Sequence record: MT612988.1
Direction: 5' to 3' (one strand)
DNA length: 64,000 nt
A program made the translations under genes and the position numbers. Position 1 is the first letter of the stretch. Each line of letters begins with the position of its first letter. Positions 60,351 through 64,000 of the stretch are shown here, one piece after another. Below the pieces are notes generated by a model. The model did no database searches. It was not told where the DNA came from and saw only the letters and a list, made by a program, of their open reading frames with translations.

Positions 60351-60987
60351 AGAGAGTTTTTAACGTTTCCGCTAGTTTCGCAAATTCAGCGTCATTACTT
60401 TCTGTAATTTCTTCTGTTTTTACTGACTTAGCAGCTTCATTTGACTCAGTTACTGGTTTAACGTAAGCAGCAGGTGCACTAGGACCCCACACTACATCAA
60501 CGCCTACTGTAAGACGGAAATCTTGCACTTCGTTGATGCCGTCAACTTGCTTAACTGAACCAAGACCTCTTGAACTCACGCCCGGTACCCAACCACCTTC
60601 GATCAGACCTCGAACTATTTGTCCCTTCGGTGTATTTAGTACGATAGCTTTACCCATTACGTTATCGCCGTCCCACCACAACTCAGTAATTCGAATCGCA
60701 GCTTCAGCGGGGTCAACGTTTGAACGACTTGGGTGATTAAGCTCGCCCAACGCTTGATTCGTGTTGACTTGTTCTTTCATGTATTTAGATACAGCATTTT
60801 CCATGACTTTTTTCGGGTATCGACGACCATTACGGTTTACGACATTCGATTGCATGAAAATACCTTCGATGTACAAGTCACCGCCCTTTTCCGTGGGCAT
60901 TTTCGCTTCAACAAGAGGCTTTTCACCGAAGCTATCAGCGCAACCGCTAGATAAACCCCAGTCTTCAATTAAGAGTTGTAATTCCAT
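60346..60987 (-). CDS. 21: Prohead protease gp21
   Basis: IEGIFMQ, NRNGRRY, GELNHP, GVSSRGLGS, DVVWGPSAP. Confidence 0.97.
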   Translation of the reverse strand: MELQLLIEDWGLSSGCADSFGEKPLVEAKMPTEKGGDLYIEGIFMQSNVVNRNGRRYPKKVMENAVSKYMKEQVNTNQALGELNHPSRSNVDPAEAAIRITELWWDGDNVMGKAIVLNTPKGQIVRGLIEGGWVPGVSSRGLGSVKQVDGINEVQDFRLTVGVDVVWGPSAPAAYVKPVTESNEAAKSVKTEEITESNDAEFAKLAETLKTLL

Positions 60988-60989
60988 AA

Positions 60990-61481
60990 TTAAAGCCCCA
61001 TTTGTTGACGCTTCTTCATCGACTTCTTACGCAATTTTTTTGCTTTACGATCTGCACTAGTGCCTTTCATACGCTTGCGTGTTTTAGCCGCTTTTCGCGC
61101 TGTTTTTTGTCTCTTCGATTTACTTAGACCAGTTGTTTGAGTCGCTTTTCGCGCTCTGGTTTTTCGGTCTTTGCGCTTCGTAATTAAACTACCGCCAGCT
61201 TTTTTGTTAGCAATAGAAACTTGCTTAACTAGCTTTTCGGAAAGTTCGAATTTTTCACACGCTTCATCGATTGATAACCCGTCTTCAAGAGAACTTAGCA
61301 CGTCAAGTACAACTTCAACTTCGTTCGTGATGTCTTTATTGCTGTGAACGCCGATATCTTCAGCTTCAGCAAACGCTTTGATAGTGTCGCTGATATCTTG
61401 GCGATCTAACTGACCACCAAGAACTGCTTCTACCAAATCTTCGACGATTTTCTCTTGAACGGCTTCGGAAATGAACTTCAT
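60990..61481 (-). CDS. 68: Prohead core protein gp68
   Basis: Acidic N-terminal half, basic RKTRARKATQTTGLSKS...KA C-terminal half; synteny. Confidence 0.88.
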   Translation of the reverse strand: MKFISEAVQEKIVEDLVEAVLGGQLDRQDISDTIKAFAEAEDIGVHSNKDITNEVEVVLDVLSSLEDGLSIDEACEKFELSEKLVKQVSIANKKAGGSLITKRKDRKTRARKATQTTGLSKSKRQKTARKAAKTRKRMKGTSADRKAKKLRKKSMKKRQQMGL

Positions 61482-61649
61482 TTAGTCCTCCTGATTGATT
61501 TCACCGTCTACTGTAATTGAACGACCAAGTTCTTGCTTCATGTCGTCAATACGCGCCGCTACACGCTGACCGATTTCTTGGCGAAATTGAGATTCAAAAT
61601 CTGCCAATTTACCGTCTCGTGCCGCTGCTACCATTGTTTCTAAGCTCAT
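61482..61649 (-). CDS. 67: Prohead core protein gp67 (55 aa; missed by the ORF track)
   Basis: MSLETMVAAARDGKLADFESQF...; between gp20 and gp68. Confidence 0.8.
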   Translation of the reverse strand: MSLETMVAAARDGKLADFESQFRQEIGQRVAARIDDMKQELGRSITVDGEINQED

Positions 61650-61662
61650 TATGTGCTACCTC

Positions 61663-63213
61663 TTAAAATCCGTGATCGTCTTGTTGGAACCTTGGGTTTG
61701 TCTCTTCTTCGTCAATCTCACTCTGCATAGCAGTGATTTGATCGTCAGACAAACGTAAAATGTTCTTCTGAATGTATTTATGACTGTAATATTTGCCCGC
61801 GTACTCTTGCACGTCGCGCATTGCGTTCATACGACTATTTAGAATCTCTAATTCCTTAGCTTCTTCAAAATACGAGTCTTGGTTGAAAACAACATACAGT
61901 TTTTCGTGGTTTGCATCCCACTCTTCTTCTGTTATGATGTTATTTACAATCAACTGATGTTTTAACGGGTCAGTGATTACAGTTTCGAATTTCGTCTGCA
62001 AACGCTTAACGAATTTCGTGAATTTCAGCTCATCACGCGAAATTTCAGTGCCTTGACCGAAGTTGATACCACCATTTTGATCTTCTGTCGCTGCGCGTGA
62101 TGTAGGAATACGCATCGCTTTGTACAACTTACGATTGAAGTACAGAACGTCTTCGATGTCACCAAGTGACTGACCGCCAGGTAGTGTGCTTACTTCTGTA
62201 CCCTTCGAACCTTCTCGGCGAGGAAGATAGTAATCTTCAAGCATTGACATTGCGTTAGTCGTATTCTTGACTTTACCTGTTGATGTATCATACACAATGC
62301 GGTTTTTAACGTTTTGCATGATGCCGTTTACGTATTGCTGTGCTTTCTGAGTTGGCAAGTTACCTACGTCAACATAAAACACTCGACGTTCAGGTGCACG
62401 TGCTAGACGGTATATTACCAATGCGTCTTCTAGCATCTTCAACTGGTTCGCAGGTTTAATTGCGCGATCTAAGTAGCCGATAATATACGGCTCGTCAGCA
62501 CATCCCTTCATTAACCCGCTGTGAGCAAATACGATAGCATCTTTCGGAATTCTGAATGATGATTGTGAGCGAGAAGAACCACTCATCCATGACGGCATTT
62601 TGTAATCAGATTGCTTGTAAACGTAATACTCAAGCGTGCCCTTTACAACTTCAACACCATCAATAGTCTCTTTTTGAATTTCGCGAACTAGTTCCATTTT
62701 TGTCGGGTCTAGCGGGCGCAACTCAATGATATTATCTTCTTTGTCTAGAATTTTGTGAAAGTAGATTCGAGAATCAACGTACCATTTTCGAAACCACTTG
62801 TAGCCGTGCTTACGCATCTGTAGTAAGCCAACCACTCGATCAAATTCTTCGTTAATTTTAGTCTTGATATTTTCTGAGAAGTCAGTGTTGTCTAAGTTCA
62901 ACCACACAACTTCTTTATCGTTTTCATAAACGATAGCCTCATCGACGATTTCTTGAATAGCATCATCGACTTCGTGATATTCTGCTAGTGCTCGATATCC
63001 CTTTATCAACTCTTTTACGGGTACTGTCCCTTGAGCAGATTGACCGTCAGTCGGGATAAAGTTAGTTCCCATTTGAGGTGCTAATAAGTTAGTATGAATC
63101 TCTTTAGCACCATCTACGTTATCTGGCGCAGAAAACGAACGGACAGGGTTTTTATCGATTTGTTGTATTTCCTGTTCTTCTTCTTTCGCCCAGAATTTCA
63201 TAAACTCTAACAT
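61663..63213 (-). CDS. 20: Portal protein gp20
   Basis: DDAIQEIV, WYVDSRIYFH, YRLARAPERRVFYVDVGNLP, EDYYLPRREG. Confidence 0.98.
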   Translation of the reverse strand: MLEFMKFWAKEEEQEIQQIDKNPVRSFSAPDNVDGAKEIHTNLLAPQMGTNFIPTDGQSAQGTVPVKELIKGYRALAEYHEVDDAIQEIVDEAIVYENDKEVVWLNLDNTDFSENIKTKINEEFDRVVGLLQMRKHGYKWFRKWYVDSRIYFHKILDKEDNIIELRPLDPTKMELVREIQKETIDGVEVVKGTLEYYVYKQSDYKMPSWMSGSSRSQSSFRIPKDAIVFAHSGLMKGCADEPYIIGYLDRAIKPANQLKMLEDALVIYRLARAPERRVFYVDVGNLPTQKAQQYVNGIMQNVKNRIVYDTSTGKVKNTTNAMSMLEDYYLPRREGSKGTEVSTLPGGQSLGDIEDVLYFNRKLYKAMRIPTSRAATEDQNGGINFGQGTEISRDELKFTKFVKRLQTKFETVITDPLKHQLIVNNIITEEEWDANHEKLYVVFNQDSYFEEAKELEILNSRMNAMRDVQEYAGKYYSHKYIQKNILRLSDDQITAMQSEIDEEETNPRFQQDDHGF

Positions 63214-63227
63214 ATTTTTACCTCAAT

Positions 63228-63247
63228 AAAGGGGCAATTAAGCCCCT
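63228..63247 (-). terminator. Terminator/stem-loop after gp19
   Basis: aggggc-ttaatt-gcccct followed by tt. Confidence 0.7.
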
Positions 63248-63252
63248 AGTCT

Positions 63253-63753
63253 TTAGTCCATTGTGAAGTAGTCTAGGCTGAATGTTACTTCAAACGTTTC
63301 GATTTCGTTGTTTGAGTCCCAATCAAGCGCAACTTCACCGACCATTGTTGGGAAGATACCGAATACAGTTGCTGAAGTAGTCGGGTCGCCATTACGGTCT
63401 AATTGCGTGATTGTACCAGTACGCTTGTACTGATCTGGCGTCTCACCTGAAATGTCTTTACCTAAGCCTACTGCACGAGCTTGCCATGCCAAGATAGCTT
63501 TACGAATGTCGTGATTCTCATCATTGTAAACCGTAACGTTCCAATCATCGAAAGTACGATCACCTGCGATGTTGTATTTACGGTTCTGATATGAGACCTC
63601 AAGCTTTTCAACGCTGCCCGGTGGCATAGAAGAAGCTCGACATTGGAATTTAAAATTTTGTCCCAGATACGGAATCTCAACTTCGAACAAGTTTGGACGA
63701 GCGAAATCACCGTTACTGAAAGCTCTTTTAATGTTGTCTACATTAAGTGCCAT
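63253..63753 (-). CDS. 19: Tail tube protein gp19
   Basis: GDFARPNLFEV, NIAGDRTFDDW, LDWDSNNEI. Confidence 0.97.
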   Translation of the reverse strand: MALNVDNIKRAFSNGDFARPNLFEVEIPYLGQNFKFQCRASSMPPGSVEKLEVSYQNRKYNIAGDRTFDDWNVTVYNDENHDIRKAILAWQARAVGLGKDISGETPDQYKRTGTITQLDRNGDPTTSATVFGIFPTMVGEVALDWDSNNEIETFEVTFSLDYFTMD

Positions 63754-63768
63754 TTTCTCTTACCTTAT

Positions 63769-63794
63769 TATTTAGAGGGGCTAAAAAGCCCCTC
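63769..63794 (-). promoter_or_regulatory. Stem-loop after gp18 overlapping late promoter TCTAAATA (63769-63776)
   Basis: gaggggct-tttt-agcccctc followed by taaata. Confidence 0.7.
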
Positions 63795-63804
63795 GTGATT
63801 GCTC

Positions 63805-64000
63805 TTAGCCGATGATTTCTGCAAAGTCAGCGTCAGTTGACGTTGCTACGAAGTTCAGCGTAATGTAGTTGATTGACTTAGCAGGTTTCACGTAGATACT
63901 TGCTACAAACTCGTTTCTGTCGATGACAGACCCTGGGTTGTTTGTCTCATCACATACAACACGGAAATCGTAAATACCGCCTAGATCTTGAATGTTAGTC
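63805..64000 (-). CDS. 18: Tail sheath gp18, C-terminal fragment (partial)
   Basis: GGIYDFRVVCDETNN...IDRNEFVASIYVKPAKSINYITLNFVAT. Confidence 0.95.
   Translation of the reverse strand, partial: TNIQDLGGIYDFRVVCDETNNPGSVIDRNEFVASIYVKPAKSINYITLNFVATSTDADFAEIIG

Noticed and set aside
1-64000. tRNA genes, other structured ncRNAs and restriction-site depletion
   Set aside because: No cloverleaf was seen and intergenic gaps are mostly too short. k-mer depletion needs a computed observed/expected test that I cannot run.

Overview
A 64 kb segment of a lytic T4-like (Straboviridae) myophage genome. The gene order (gp19-20-67-68-21-22-23, CCA-adding enzyme, inh, uvsW, uvsY, gp35, gp34, rnh, dsbA, gp33, gp59, gp32, frd, ClpP-like, uvsX, gp40, gp41, nrdD/nrdG, gp61, dut, dexA, td, gp39+60, gp30, gp24, gp55) matches my recollection of KVP40/Schizotequatrovirus-like vibriophages. 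The host and genus assignment is inference; no search was run. I saw no tRNAs, introns, inteins, CRISPR arrays or IS elements. Three promoter classes are visible: sigma70-like early (GGTTG[A/C]..17-18..TA[A/T]TAT), GTTTA..17/18..TATA[A/C]T before replication genes, and late NNTAAATA. The most interesting signals: (1) a set of late genes with T4 capsid-targeting/gp21-cleavage-like N-termini, including an Alt-like ADP-ribosyltransferase with a non-canonical catalytic loop and a two-domain protein with an internal LTE|AFDRP site whose first half resembles the non-catalytic domain of DNA-phosphorothioation-associated methyltransferases; (2) a three-gene late operon inside the replication region, with a hairpin-gated PD-(D/E)xK-like ORF, a UvsW.1/degenerate cytidylyltransferase fusion, and a gp61.1-family protein whose C-terminus copies the mature N-arm of this phage's own major capsid protein (19/28 identical); (3) a 61-bp element with 9-bp iterons present twice (60/61 identical, inverted, about 42.7 kb apart), one copy upstream of uvsY, as a candidate origin; (4) a 67-aa type IV prepilin mimic; (5) a PTH2-like protein and a tandem-domain Srd. 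Family assignments come from motif recognition by eye and need HMM or structure confirmation.
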